This document shows, piece by piece, positions 37,362 through 45,989 of a DNA stretch of 64,000 nucleotides. Every line of letters begins with the position of its first letter. Position 1 is the stretch's first letter. Under the pieces are notes generated by a model. The model did not search any database and was not told the DNA's origin. It was given only the letters and a program-made list of their open reading frames with translations. The position numbers and the translations under genes were made by a program. This stretch comes from Anaerolineae bacterium (GTDB lineage Bacteria; Chloroflexota; Anaerolineae; B4-G1; SLSP01), in the NCBI GenBank assembly GCA_034676805.1, contig JAXDDO010000006.1, positions 9,305 through 73,304 of the forward strand, given 5' to 3'.

Positions 37362-38507
37362 ATGCACATCATAACCAACGACGAAGGCCGCAGCCACAGG
37401 CGAGAGATGTTGATCGACGAGGAGACGGAGATTGCGCACCTGTGGGTCATCGACTTCCAGATGCGCATCGGCACGGCCCAGGTGCGCATGGCTGGTATCG
37501 GCGACGTCTACACGAACCGCCAATACCGCATGAAGGGCTACATGCGCCATCTGTACAAGGACACGCTGAACTATATGACGGCGGAGGGGTATGACGTCTC
37601 GATGCTCTTCGGCATCCCAAACTTCTACACCAAGTTCGGATATGCCACCTCGCTGCCCGACCCCTACTTCACGATCAAGACGCGCGATGCCGAAGCTGCC
37701 GGGCCAGGGGATGAGGCGCTGATCTCACGCCCCATCGAAGCCGGTGACATGCCGGCGGTGATCGAACTCTACAACGAGCTCAACGCGGCGTGGACCTGCA
37801 CCATCGTCCGTGCTCCGCAGACATTCACCGAGTTTCGCAAAGGCACCGATTGGGACAGACGGACCGAGTCGTGCCTTTGGGAGGACGGCGGCGGCAGGCT
37901 GATGGGGTATGCCGTCTGGGACAGGGACTCGACGGCGGTCAAGGTCGCCGAAGTCGGGGCCAGAGACGATCGTCTTTTCGCGACCATCCTCTACGCTCTG
38001 GCCCAGCAGGCCATCGAGAAGCGGTGCGAGTCCATCGAGGTACACGCGCCGCTTGGCCACGCCTTCGCCGAGTACGCACAACGCTGGGGCGCCACATGGA
38101 CCATCGCCTACCCGCGCTACGGCGACGGCATGATGCGCATCATGAACCAGCAGGCCCTCTTCGAGAAGCTCGCGCCGGAGCTGACGCGCCGGTTGGCGGC
38201 CTCACCGCTCGCGAGCTACTCGGGCCGTCTGGTGCTTGAGACAGACCTGGGGATCATAATCCTGGCCTGTAAACACGCCCAGGTCACTGCACAGCCGGAC
38301 ACGGCGCACGAAGCCAGCGCCCCACTGCCGGGCGATGTACGGCTTGAGCTTTCGCAGGACAAGCTGGCGCAACTGATCGCAGGCTATCGCAGTGCCAGAG
38401 ATGTCCTCAACAGCGCGGGCGTAAGTCTGAGCGGTGAGGGATTCCCATTGCTCGACACCCTCTTCCCCAAAGGCATGCCCTACATCTGGCAGCCGGATCG
38501 CTTCTAG
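37362..38507 (+). CDS. Eis-like/GNAT acetyltransferase with a sterol-carrier-like C-terminal domain (second paralogue)
   Basis: GNAT core GIGDVYTNRQYRMKGYMRHL and a three-domain length similar to the gene at 31716. An in-frame TGA 21 nt upstream fixes the start. Confidence 0.55.
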   Translation: MHIITNDEGRSHRREMLIDEETEIAHLWVIDFQMRIGTAQVRMAGIGDVYTNRQYRMKGYMRHLYKDTLNYMTAEGYDVSMLFGIPNFYTKFGYATSLPDPYFTIKTRDAEAAGPGDEALISRPIEAGDMPAVIELYNELNAAWTCTIVRAPQTFTEFRKGTDWDRRTESCLWEDGGGRLMGYAVWDRDSTAVKVAEVGARDDRLFATILYALAQQAIEKRCESIEVHAPLGHAFAEYAQRWGATWTIAYPRYGDGMMRIMNQQALFEKLAPELTRRLAASPLASYSGRLVLETDLGIIILACKHAQVTAQPDTAHEASAPLPGDVRLELSQDKLAQLIAGYRSARDVLNSAGVSLSGEGFPLLDTLFPKGMPYIWQPDRF

Positions 38508-38531
38508 CTCACTCAAACGGAGGCACACACT

Positions 38532-39557
38532 ATGCGAGTCCTGGTTACAGGAGGCACCGGCGCCGTCGGTCGCGAGGCCGTCAAGCGACTTGTGGCCCAC
38601 GGACATATCGTCACCGTCATCGGCAGGACCCCCGATCTGACAATCGAGGGGGCAACGTACCGGCAGTGCGACATCGTCGACTTCGAGTGCCTGACCGATT
38701 GCGTCCAGGGGATGGACGGGATTGTCCATCTGGCCGCCATCCCCAACCCGTCGATGGGCACCAGCGAAGCGATCTTTTATGTCAACGACACCGGCACCTT
38801 CAACGTCTACTGCGCCGCAGCCGCAGCCGGCATCCGGCGCATTGTGAGTGCCAGCTCGATCAACGCACTGGGCTACAACTTCGGGATCAAGCGCTTCCCG
38901 CTCCAGTATTTCCCGATGGATGAGGCACATCCCCGCTACACCACCGATCCGTACTCCTTCTCGAAGCAGATCATGGAGGAGATCGGCGCCTACTTCTGGC
39001 GGCGCGAGGGCGTCTCCAGCGTCTTCCTACGGCTCCCCGGGGTCTACGAGGTTACCGAAGAGAACGAGGAGCGCATGCAGGAGTGGCGAACGCGAACGAT
39101 GGCGAGCTATCAGGAGCTGCTGTCGAAGCCCGAAGAGGAGCAGCGCCGCGCTGCACAGGAGATCATCGCCCAGCACGATAGGCTCAGGGAGGAGCGTGCC
39201 TTCGAGATGCACGGCGACACGGCCCGGGCCGACCATTGGCGGAAGATGCGCGAGCTGCCGTATGCCCGGATGATGTTCGGCTACAGCAACTTCTGGGCCA
39301 GCATCGACGCGCGAGACTCGGCCCAGGCCATCGAGCAGGGGTTGCTAGCCGACTACGAGGGCAGCCACCCGCTGTGGGTCAACGACAGTCACAACTCAGC
39401 AGGCGTCCCGACCGAGGCGTTGGCCGCCCTGTTCTACCCCGACGTCCCGCTCACGCGGCCCATCCCCGGCACGGAGAGCCTGGTGAGCATTGACAAAGCG
39501 CGGTCGCTGCTCGGGTTCGAGCCGGAGTATTCGGTCAGCCGCTGGTATCCGGGTTAG
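38532..39557 (+). CDS. NAD-dependent epimerase/dehydratase family protein
   Basis: MRVLVTGGTGAVG Rossmann motif and a YSFSK catalytic Tyr/Lys. Confidence 0.85.
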   Translation: MRVLVTGGTGAVGREAVKRLVAHGHIVTVIGRTPDLTIEGATYRQCDIVDFECLTDCVQGMDGIVHLAAIPNPSMGTSEAIFYVNDTGTFNVYCAAAAAGIRRIVSASSINALGYNFGIKRFPLQYFPMDEAHPRYTTDPYSFSKQIMEEIGAYFWRREGVSSVFLRLPGVYEVTEENEERMQEWRTRTMASYQELLSKPEEEQRRAAQEIIAQHDRLREERAFEMHGDTARADHWRKMRELPYARMMFGYSNFWASIDARDSAQAIEQGLLADYEGSHPLWVNDSHNSAGVPTEALAALFYPDVPLTRPIPGTESLVSIDKARSLLGFEPEYSVSRWYPG

Positions 39558-39588
39558 CGGAGGGCTCCTGGTTAGCACGCAAAGCACG

Positions 39589-39626
39589 GCGGTCGGGGGC
39601 GCCGCAGGTATGGCGCCCCCGACCGC
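39589..39626. terminator. Bidirectional terminator hairpin between convergent operons
   Basis: Perfect 15-bp GC-rich stem (GCGGTCGGGGGCGCC pairing with GGCGCCCCCGACCGC) with an 8-nt loop, followed by GTCAGTTTCG. Confidence 0.55.
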
Positions 39627-39701
39627 GTCAGTTTCGTCCAGGCACTCGGCGGCGCCGCGCACTCAAGCGCCTGTCATCCGCAGGCACCGGCGCGACACGG
39701 C

Positions 39702-41048
39702 TCAGACAAGCCGGCGCATCAGTGCGGAGAACCCCGCCCCCACCGTCGCGTCGATGCCCGACGCGAAAGGCCCCGGGCCACCCTCATCGTACCAGTTGGC
39801 GTCGAGGACCTCGTAGCCACCTTCTTGCAGTAACGCATCGGTCGGCAGATAGGTACTGACCTGCTGGCTGTACCCCCAGACGGTCAATCGCGGATCGGAG
39901 AGCCGTGTACGCAACAGCCCCAGCCACTCCGCCACCGCCTCCGCGGCGATCCAGGCGACGCGGTGTCCGGGGGTGATCTGCAGCACGCCGATCTCCAGCG
40001 GCAAAGTTCGGGCCAGCGGAAGCCCCGATGTGAGCCGCCGTGCCCAATAACCGCCCACGTTCCGGCTCAACTCGTCATCTCGTTCGGCTAGCGCCTGCCA
40101 GTGGGCCACCGGCGGCACACGGTCGAGATCACGCGCCGCGTGCGCCCACCCGGCAGCCGCCGCCAGCGCAAGATCCAGTGTCTCGCCGGCATCGCCCAGC
40201 GCGGTGAGCACGTCGCTCGCCAGCTCACCGGCGGCTTGATCGAGGTCTGCCGGCGTCGCCTTACGAAACGTGCCGGCCTCCAGGTCAGCCAGCACCCGCG
40301 GGCGAACGTTCCCCGCCAGCCCCTGCATGAACTGGCAGTGGACGTCTCGCCCCAACTGCGCGCCGAGCGCCTTACGCGTCGCACCAGGGTAGTCGGCCGA
40401 GATGCCATCCCAGGCAAAACCGTAGACAATCACCGGGTGACAGCCATAGCTGAACACGACCGCTCGCTCGCCGCCCGGCTGGGCCGCGCCCGTCCCCGTC
40501 CCCTGAAGCTCCAGCACCCAGAGGTCTGGATTGTAGGGCCCCTCGGGGTTGGGGGCCATCACCATGTCTCCCTGGGCGTTGCGACGGCGCCGGTTTATCC
40601 CGAGGTGAGAGACACCACGGTGACAATGCACCTCCACCGGCTGCATGCGCCTCAGGGCTGTCGCTACGACCCGCCGAACCGTGAGGCGCAGCACGTCGAG
40701 ATACCCCCGCAGGAGCGGCGGTTCGGGAACCAGCGTGGGATACTTATCGAAGCCGCTCATTGGGCCACTGTGGACGTGGGCGAAGTTGAGCACTACGGCC
40801 TCGTAGTCGGCGCCGCTGAGCGCGGCCACGTCGTGCCGTACTGCCGCGGAGCGGGCATAATCCAGCCCGATCAAGTCCAGAGAGACCCAGACCTGACGGT
40901 GCCCGGCACCATCCTCCAGCACCAGTGCCTGCGCCATCAGCGGATCGAGCACCCGTGCACCCGGCGTGAACCGCGGCCCGCGACCGCCCATAGGCAGCCC
41001 CAGCGGCGGCGTGATTTCTGCTTCGGCCCAACCTGCGCGTGCTCCCAT
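39702..41048 (-). CDS. Neutral/alkaline-ceramidase-N-terminal-domain-like amidohydrolase (function unknown)
   Basis: AGGAGG RBS 6 nt before ATG 41048. The N-terminus AEAEITPPLGLPMGG......DPLMAQALVLED....VWVSLDLIG matches the ceramidase-like pattern. No signal peptide. Confidence 0.5.
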   Translation of the reverse strand: MGARAGWAEAEITPPLGLPMGGRGPRFTPGARVLDPLMAQALVLEDGAGHRQVWVSLDLIGLDYARSAAVRHDVAALSGADYEAVVLNFAHVHSGPMSGFDKYPTLVPEPPLLRGYLDVLRLTVRRVVATALRRMQPVEVHCHRGVSHLGINRRRRNAQGDMVMAPNPEGPYNPDLWVLELQGTGTGAAQPGGERAVVFSYGCHPVIVYGFAWDGISADYPGATRKALGAQLGRDVHCQFMQGLAGNVRPRVLADLEAGTFRKATPADLDQAAGELASDVLTALGDAGETLDLALAAAAGWAHAARDLDRVPPVAHWQALAERDDELSRNVGGYWARRLTSGLPLARTLPLEIGVLQITPGHRVAWIAAEAVAEWLGLLRTRLSDPRLTVWGYSQQVSTYLPTDALLQEGGYEVLDANWYDEGGPGPFASGIDATVGAGFSALMRRLV

Positions 41049-41074
41049 AATCACCTCCTGACGATGGCTACCCC

Positions 41075-41872
41075 TTAGCGGTAGATGAGGTCCAGGATGT
41101 TGTCGCTACGCAGGCGCACGGTCTGGCTGTCCACGCGCTCGACACCAGGCTGTGACGCTGCGCCGTCGGCGACATCGGTGTGGAAGAACCGCTTCTCGAG
41201 CACGTAGGGCGGGTCCCACACCAGGGGCGCAATGGGGCGCGTCCTGTGGGACTGCACCGCCAACTGTATGCGTTCGCGTATCAGGTCCCGGGCCGCCTCT
41301 TTGGACATCGAGATGGCCGAACTACGGCTCATGCCCTGCTTCACCGCCGCAGTCACGATACCGGGGATCAGGTCCACGACCTCGGCACAGGCGGCGTGGT
41401 CGCCGCTGAGGAAGATAAGCGGAATGCCCAGGCCTCCGCAATAGAGCGCCCATTGCCCGATCTCGCCGATCACTTTGCCGTTTAACGTATAGGCGTCGAT
41501 GTGCCGGCTGCTCTGCGTATGAGCCAGGTTGCCATCCACGATCCCCGCCAGGGCGTGCTGGCCGATCATGACCGACACATCGTAGTCCCGATAGGCTGTC
41601 TCACGCGCCTCTGGCGTGGCCAGTGGCCGGCCGTGGAGCAGCTTCGCCGCCGGATGGATCTCTTCGAAGGCGATCCCACCCGGGCCGTGCCCGTCTACGA
41701 CCAGCACATCCTCCACACCCGCGGCGAGCAGGCCATCCACCGCGGCGTTCACCTCTGCGGTCAGGAGCCGCTTGGCCTGTTCGTGATACTTGCCGTCGGC
41801 GTAGCCCTGTTGCTCGAAGCTCACCACACCGGCAACACCCTCGATATCGGTCATCATAAGCACTTTCATCAT
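41075..41872 (-). CDS. dppA: M55 family D-aminopeptidase (DppA-like)
   Basis: GGGAGG RBS. The N-terminus MKVLMMTDIEGVAGV...VVDGHG is diagnostic of peptidase M55. The track start at 42121 is an extension overlapping the upstream gene. Confidence 0.8.
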   Translation of the reverse strand: MMKVLMMTDIEGVAGVVSFEQQGYADGKYHEQAKRLLTAEVNAAVDGLLAAGVEDVLVVDGHGPGGIAFEEIHPAAKLLHGRPLATPEARETAYRDYDVSVMIGQHALAGIVDGNLAHTQSSRHIDAYTLNGKVIGEIGQWALYCGGLGIPLIFLSGDHAACAEVVDLIPGIVTAAVKQGMSRSSAISMSKEAARDLIRERIQLAVQSHRTRPIAPLVWDPPYVLEKRFFHTDVADGAASQPGVERVDSQTVRLRSDNILDLIYR

Positions 41873-41907
41873 ATCCTCCCTCACGAATGGACAGATGGGG
41901 GCCGTTC

Positions 41908-43155
41908 TCAACGCCGGTACGCCGCGTCCACCTTGCGGAAAGCCACCAGCGCATCCTCGATCTCGCGATCGCCCCACGCTTCGTGCAGCATCAGGTTGAA
42001 GTGCGTCGCCATCGTTGCGCGGGCATTGGGACAAGGGAACTCGCGGTTCGGGTCGCCGTGATAGTCCGGGCTGGTCCACGGATAGTCGCTGTGCCCGAAG
42101 ACACGCCGGTTCACGTACCAATCCATAGTGTGCGGTATCGCCGCGCTGTAGTCAGCCATAATCGGCAGCCCCTCGGCGGAGAGCGCATGGCAGAAGGTAT
42201 CTTTGTCGACCCGTGCAGCGTCGGCGCGGAAGCGCATCCGCAGGAACCAGTAACTGGGTACGGACCCCGCCAGTGGCTCGGGGATCGCGGCGCACCTCAC
42301 CTCTGCCAGCCCCTCCTGTAGCCGGGCTACCACTGCTCGTCGTCGCTGCACCGCCCCCGGCAGCTTGCTCAGCTGAACGCGACCGATCGCCGCGGCCAGA
42401 TCGTTCAGGTTCAGATTAAGCGATGCAATGACGTTCGTCGAGCCATCGGGAAGGAAAAACGGCTTCCCACGGTCAGAAGCCCGGCGTATCGCCTGGTAGC
42501 GAGCCTCGTCCTGGGTAAAGACCAGGCCTCCCTGGCCCCCGGAGCTGTGGTGCTTGCCGAACATCGTAGAAAAGACCGCGATATCGCCGAAGGTGCCGAC
42601 CGGCTGCCCGTTGAGCGTCGCGCCGTGGGTCTGGGAGCAGTCCTCGATGACAGGGATGCCGTGCGACCGGGCCAGCGCCACGATCCCCGCGATATCTGCG
42701 GGCTCACCCGCGATGTGGGGCACCACGATTGCGCTGGTCCGCGGCGAGAGAAGCGCACCCACCTCCTCGGGGCCAGTGTTGTAGCTATCCGGCGCCGTGT
42801 CGGCCACCATCGGAATCAGGTTGAGTAGGGGGATCGGCATCATGCCGCCGGGGTCGGTCACCGCGCCAACGACCACCTCCGTGAACGGCTCCAGGTCGAG
42901 CGCCCGCAACGCCACGTAGACCCCTGCCGTGCCCGAGCTGACGGCATCGGTGAAGCCACCCCCCAGATATGCCGAAAACGCATCACAGTACGCCTGTTCC
43001 TCCTGCCCGTTGTAGCCGGGCGCCGCACCCGTGGCAATCGCCAGATCAAACAGCGCATCCACGGCAGCGCGCTCCTCCGCGCCGACGTGACCGCGCTGTG
43101 GAAAAGGCTCGGTGCGTACAGGGATGCCACCGTCAATAGCCAGGTCGATCATCAT
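41908..43155 (-). CDS. DegT/DnrJ/EryC1/StrS family PLP-dependent aminotransferase
   Basis: An internal GGAGGTG serves as RBS for the ATG at 43155/43152. Family pattern (DAVSSGTAG..., IEDCSQTHGA, FSTMFGKHHSSGGQGG with the Schiff-base Lys). Confidence 0.85.
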   Translation of the reverse strand: MMIDLAIDGGIPVRTEPFPQRGHVGAEERAAVDALFDLAIATGAAPGYNGQEEQAYCDAFSAYLGGGFTDAVSSGTAGVYVALRALDLEPFTEVVVGAVTDPGGMMPIPLLNLIPMVADTAPDSYNTGPEEVGALLSPRTSAIVVPHIAGEPADIAGIVALARSHGIPVIEDCSQTHGATLNGQPVGTFGDIAVFSTMFGKHHSSGGQGGLVFTQDEARYQAIRRASDRGKPFFLPDGSTNVIASLNLNLNDLAAAIGRVQLSKLPGAVQRRRAVVARLQEGLAEVRCAAIPEPLAGSVPSYWFLRMRFRADAARVDKDTFCHALSAEGLPIMADYSAAIPHTMDWYVNRRVFGHSDYPWTSPDYHGDPNREFPCPNARATMATHFNLMLHEAWGDREIEDALVAFRKVDAAYRR

Positions 43156-43190
43156 CACCTCCATTCATAGCGAAAAGGGACCGTGCCCGG

Positions 43191-44399
43191 TCAACGCCCT
43201 GCCTGGTACACGATCTGTCCACCCACCACTGTCAGTGCCACCCGCAGGTCCGGGTCGAGCACAACGAGATCCGCGACACGTCCTTCCGCCAGGCTGCCGA
43301 AGCGATCCTCCAGTGCCAACGCCCGGGCGGGGTTGTGGCTTGCCATCGCCAGGGCCTCGGGCAACGTCACGCCGACTACACGGACCATGTTGCGGACACA
43401 GAGATCAAGCGTCGCGGTACTGCTGGCAATCGTCCCATCGGCATGGCGCGCCTGACCGTCTTTCACGAAGACTGTTTCACCCAGAAGATCGTAGCGCCCG
43501 TCACCAAGGCCGGCAGCAGCCATCGCATCGGTCACGAGGACCACACGACCGGTGCCGAGGCACCGCAGCAACACCTTCATTGCACCAGGATGCACGTGAA
43601 CGGTGTCGGCGATCAGCTCGGCAGTGACACCGTCCGATGTCAGAACTGCGCCCAGCACCCCAGGTCTGCGGTGGTGAAAGCCCAGCTGCGCGTTGAACGC
43701 GTGCGTCACATGGTTGAAGTGATCGCGGAGCGCCGCGGCGGCGCTCTCGTAGTCCGTCTCGGAGTGCCCCAGCGCCGGCACCACACCACGGCGCCGCAGC
43801 AGCGCTGCCACCTCCAGCGCCCCCGGAAGCTCGGGCGCCAGCGTCATCTGGCGGACCCATCCCTGTCCTGCGTCGATCAGGGCCTCCACTTCCTGCACAC
43901 GCGGCGCCCGGAGCCACGTGGGGTTGAAAGCCCCCTTTCGCACAGGGTTGAGATACGGTCCCTCCAGGTGCAGTCCCAGGGGCCGCGCGCCCACGGCCTC
44001 CGATGACACGTCTGGCCACGCACTGAAAATCGCGGCGTAGATCTCCACCAACGTGTGCAGTGCGGCTCGATCGGGCGCAGCGATGCTCAAGAGGAACCCT
44101 GTGACACCCGTGGTCGCCACCCAAGCGGCGTAGGCGCGCAGATCGGCTTCCAGAGCAGCGCAGACAACCTGGCCCGCGCCAGCGCCGAACGTAATGCCGT
44201 GGCCACCATGGGTATGGATATCGATCAGGCCTGCGGCCACGGTGTGTCCGGGCAGCGCAAGAGCCGCTCCCTCTACCTCAGGTGCAGCGGCAGAGGGGCC
44301 GGCATAGCGGATCCTCCCATCAGGCCCAACCACAACCGTACCCCGGTCCACATCCGCCGCCACTCCCAGCACTCGTAGGTCCTTAAGCACGATCGTCAT
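43191..44399 (-). CDS. nagA: N-acetylglucosamine-6-phosphate deacetylase
   Basis: GLIDIHTHGGHG metal motif, ...LEGPYLNP..KGA, HSETDY and TH.FNA motifs. Confidence 0.85.
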   Translation of the reverse strand: MTIVLKDLRVLGVAADVDRGTVVVGPDGRIRYAGPSAAAPEVEGAALALPGHTVAAGLIDIHTHGGHGITFGAGAGQVVCAALEADLRAYAAWVATTGVTGFLLSIAAPDRAALHTLVEIYAAIFSAWPDVSSEAVGARPLGLHLEGPYLNPVRKGAFNPTWLRAPRVQEVEALIDAGQGWVRQMTLAPELPGALEVAALLRRRGVVPALGHSETDYESAAAALRDHFNHVTHAFNAQLGFHHRRPGVLGAVLTSDGVTAELIADTVHVHPGAMKVLLRCLGTGRVVLVTDAMAAAGLGDGRYDLLGETVFVKDGQARHADGTIASSTATLDLCVRNMVRVVGVTLPEALAMASHNPARALALEDRFGSLAEGRVADLVVLDPDLRVALTVVGGQIVYQAGR

Positions 44400-44495
44400 A
44401 GGTCATCCAGGCGCTCTCGCCGCCACTCCTCTCAGGGGTTGACAGGAATCCTACACCGGTTTCCGTTTGCCCGCCGCCCCACGCATCGGGGCGGC

Positions 44496-45794
44496 CTAAC
44501 CCGTCGGCCGGCCCTGCTCTAGGTTTACCACTGCTGGCACAGCTCGCAACCCCACGCCCATCAACAGGCTGACGCCACCGCCAAGGACGAACCAGAACTG
44601 AACGCCGAACGCATCGGCGACAGGGCCGGCAATCGCCATTCCCAGCGGCTCCGCAAGGCTTGCGAGGCTCATGATGGTCGTGAAGACCCGCCCCTGCACT
44701 CCCGGCTCTACGGTTTCCTGGATGATGGCCAGGAAGGGTCCGTTGACGAGCGTGTTCATAAGCCCGGCAACGAACACGGATCCAAGCGCGAGGCTGTAGA
44801 TAGACGCGGGGACCAACCCCACAAGGACCAGGGCCGCGCCCATACCAACAAGCCCCATCAACGACGTGTAGACCCTGCGCTTGAAACCGCCCCACACACT
44901 CAGCGTTAGCCCCCCCAGAATCAGCCCGATACCCCACGCGGAATCGAACCACCCCAACTCCAGTGCCCCACCACCGAAGTGCTGCGTCACCAAAATCGGC
45001 GACAGGGCGAAAGCAGGATTGATCAGACCGTTGAGCAACGCGGCGAGCGCCATCAGGATGACCAGGCCCGGCCAACTCAAGACATAGGCAAACCCCTCCC
45101 GAATATCCCGGACCAGTGTGGCTATGGGCCGGCTTTGGGCCATCTCATTCCGAGACGAGGGCTCCCGGATACTGGTGAACAGCAACGGCGCGACCGCAAA
45201 GGCCGCTGTGATCAGATCGATCCCCATGATGGCCTGCAACGACAGGAAGCTGACCGCCAGCGCCCCCAGCGGCGGGGCAGCGATCATCAGTGCCCCCTGG
45301 AGCGTCTGATTCATGCCCGAGATTCGGGCAAGCTGCGCTTTCGGCACCATCAGCGAGGTCGCTGCCTGCATGGCCGAACGGTGGAAGACGCCGCCCACTG
45401 ACCGCACGAAGACGAAGAGGAAGACGTGCCAGGACTGCAGCGAGCCCACCCAGGCCATCGCGCCAACCCACGCCGCAAGCGCCGCCACCAAGCTGTCGGC
45501 CACAATCATCACACGCCGGCGAGACCAGCGGTCGACCAGTGCGCCGGCCACCGGCCCGATGAGAACGTAGGGCAGGACCGCGACCAGCGACAGCGTCGCA
45601 AGCATCGTCGCCGAACCCCCCGACATCTGCGTCAACCACCACACGAGGGCGAAGTCGGCTACCCGGCTGCCCAGCAGTGAAAATGCCTGACCGGTCCATA
45701 TCGTGAAGAAGGGCAGTGCCCACCGGCGCGCGTCCACTTCCTCTACCGGCGTCTCAACGTTGCCTTCAAGAGCCACTTTGTCAGCCACGAACAC
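44496..45794 (-). CDS. MFS transporter (EntS/macrolide-efflux-like, 12 TM)
   Basis: 12 predicted TM helices and the MFS loop motif GALVDRWSRRR between TM2 and TM3. Confidence 0.85.
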   Translation of the reverse strand: MFVADKVALEGNVETPVEEVDARRWALPFFTIWTGQAFSLLGSRVADFALVWWLTQMSGGSATMLATLSLVAVLPYVLIGPVAGALVDRWSRRRVMIVADSLVAALAAWVGAMAWVGSLQSWHVFLFVFVRSVGGVFHRSAMQAATSLMVPKAQLARISGMNQTLQGALMIAAPPLGALAVSFLSLQAIMGIDLITAAFAVAPLLFTSIREPSSRNEMAQSRPIATLVRDIREGFAYVLSWPGLVILMALAALLNGLINPAFALSPILVTQHFGGGALELGWFDSAWGIGLILGGLTLSVWGGFKRRVYTSLMGLVGMGAALVLVGLVPASIYSLALGSVFVAGLMNTLVNGPFLAIIQETVEPGVQGRVFTTIMSLASLAEPLGMAIAGPVADAFGVQFWFVLGGGVSLLMGVGLRAVPAVVNLEQGRPTG

Positions 45795-45812
45795 CCCCTG
45801 TCAGCCGTAAGA

Positions 45813-45836
45813 TCGTTACGTACTTTATTGTAACGA
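45813..45836. promoter_or_regulatory. Candidate operator: inverted repeat in an AT-rich patch upstream of the MFS operon
   Basis: TCGTTAC (45813-45819) - 10 nt - GTAACGA (45830-45836), 19 nt upstream of the MFS start, in a locally AT-rich stretch. Confidence 0.35.
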
Positions 45837-45989
45837 AATTACACAGGGGCGCAAGCTGGGAGATGAGCGGATGCCCGATACGAGCCGGGGCCCGGAACAC
45901 GCTCGACTCACGAGCAAGTAGGCCGCGCCCACCGGTGGGCCCGGGGGCGTGGAGACCTGAACCCTGGCCTGCTCTACGACGCGACCGGC

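Noticed and set aside
40101-41078. 325-aa + strand ORF opposite the ceramidase-like gene. Similar shadows occur at 54544-55557 (-), 27873-28811 (-), 46338-47721 (+), 51909-52784 (+), 43335-44006 (+) and 44383-45075 (-).
   Set aside because: All overlap better-supported genes on the other strand and have Arg/Pro/Gly-rich, motif-free translations. They were treated as high-GC artefacts.
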